Source of the DNA: a bacterium
Lineage (GTDB): Bacteria; Patescibacteriota; Dojkabacteria; JAKAPS01
NCBI GenBank assembly: GCA_021806925.1
Contig: JAKAPS010000012.1
Span: 1-27,808, forward strand
Length of the DNA stretch: 27,808 nt
Direction: 5' to 3'
Shown here: piece after piece, positions 27,336 to 27,808 of the stretch
Layout: each line of letters begins with the position of its first letter
How positions within the stretch are numbered: position 1 is the first letter of the stretch
Position numbers and translations under genes: made by a program
The notes under the pieces: model-generated
What the model saw: the letters and a program-made list of their open reading frames with translations, nothing else
Told to the model about the DNA's origin: nothing
The model's database searches: none

Positions 27336-27808
27336 TAGTCAAATCCCCGTGTTGGCCAATACAAGAATGCAGTGAAGACGAAGTTAAGGCTAATAGAAAA
27401 TGCAGTATTGAAGGAGATGAAGTGAGTCCAGTAGAATTGGGATTGATGAAATCCTGAGTTTTGTAGCAAGGAGGTATAAAAAGGTTGTAGAAGGATTGAT
27501 GAATGGGAAGAAAAGGAGTCAAGAGTTTAGGGGTTTGGCGTGAGGGATTGTTATGGGTTAATATAATGTTCAGAAAAAATACATTATGTTTTTAAAGAAA
27601 GAACATATTCAAAGTTTTTTCATTTGATTATATAATAAGGAAAGAGCCGTATAAACTAAGGCATGAAACAATGAGTTATTCCTTTCTCTCCTAAATCTTA
27701 TCCTCCAAAATGACTGTACCAATGCAAAAAATGTTTCAATTTTCTTCCTTATCTTCTTATACTCAGCATGAGTACTTTGCTCTCGTCAGTAAAGGAAAAT
27801 CTAGGTCC

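Noticed and set aside
27319-27522. Minus-strand 67-aa ORF overlapping the aspS leader
   Set aside because: It lies within the pyrimidine-rich leader, has a Pro/Ser/Leu-rich composition driven by the CU skew, and has no start context. It is almost certainly non-coding.
27136-27560. Considered RNase P RNA, tmRNA, SRP RNA or 6S RNA for the GC-richer non-coding region next to aspS
   Set aside because: There is no GGAAAGUCCGG / ACAGAACCCGGCUUA (RNase P) motif, no GGUUCGAUUCC tRNA-like 3' end (tmRNA) and no SRP domain IV motif on either strand. The T-box core, antiterminator and terminator architecture explains the proximal part much better.
27782-27808. CUGACGAG on the minus strand at the window edge, reminiscent of the hammerhead ribozyme CUGANGA core
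   Set aside because: The following sequence does not form a proper stem II followed by GAAA and stem III. The motif is short enough to occur by chance, and the element would be truncated by the window end.
1-27808. CRISPR arrays, rRNA genes, IS elements or transposases, integrases
   Set aside because: No regularly spaced direct repeats, no rRNA-like conserved segments, no terminal inverted repeats flanking transposase-like ORFs, and no tyrosine- or serine-recombinase-like ORF were found. The tRNA-Glu has no detectable direct repeat of its 3' end nearby, so there is no evidence for an integrated island at the tRNA.

Overview
AT-rich (roughly 30% GC), gene-dense bacterial chromosomal segment using the standard genetic code. 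The coding strand is mostly minus between 2.8 and 21.3 kb.

Recognisable housekeeping genes include prfB (RF2, single frame, no programmed frameshift), ftsE/ftsX, a stand-alone receiver-domain response regulator, an SPFH/band-7 protein, miaA, HU, a YmdB-type phosphoesterase, def, recJ, recX, recA, a P3A-like P-type ATPase, a PIF1/RecD-like helicase, a bifunctional Rel/SpoT, a glutaredoxin-like protein, ung, an archaeal-type UMP kinase, a ROK glucokinase and an archaeal-type AspRS. One tRNA-Glu(CUC) lies at 1116-1188 on the minus strand.

The main things worth a second look are:
- A probable T-box riboswitch leader directly upstream of the archaeal-type aspS (27081-27335). It has a T-box core-like sequence, a well-formed antiterminator and a mutually exclusive terminator.
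- A prfB-ftsE-ftsX-hydrolase string (2823-5851) in which the PcsB/CwlO-like coiled-coil hydrolase carries a Peptidase_C39-like domain instead of CHAP or NlpC/P60.
- A solitary OLD/GajA-like ATPase-Toprim gene (24219-25530). Its Walker-A region is offset by a T8 homopolymer and its Toprim domain is truncated.
- Two in-frame tandem duplications (18 bp and 21 bp) inside recJ.
- A cell-surface gene cluster around the tRNA (381-2833), and a few perfect palindromes in promoter regions.

No CRISPR array, rRNA or recognisable transposase/IS element was seen. Beyond the two repeats called in recJ, I found no other tandem repeats; their exact copy numbers and all RNA folds were worked out by eye and need computational confirmation. 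Where the ORF track's start looked like an N-terminal extension I give an alternative start.
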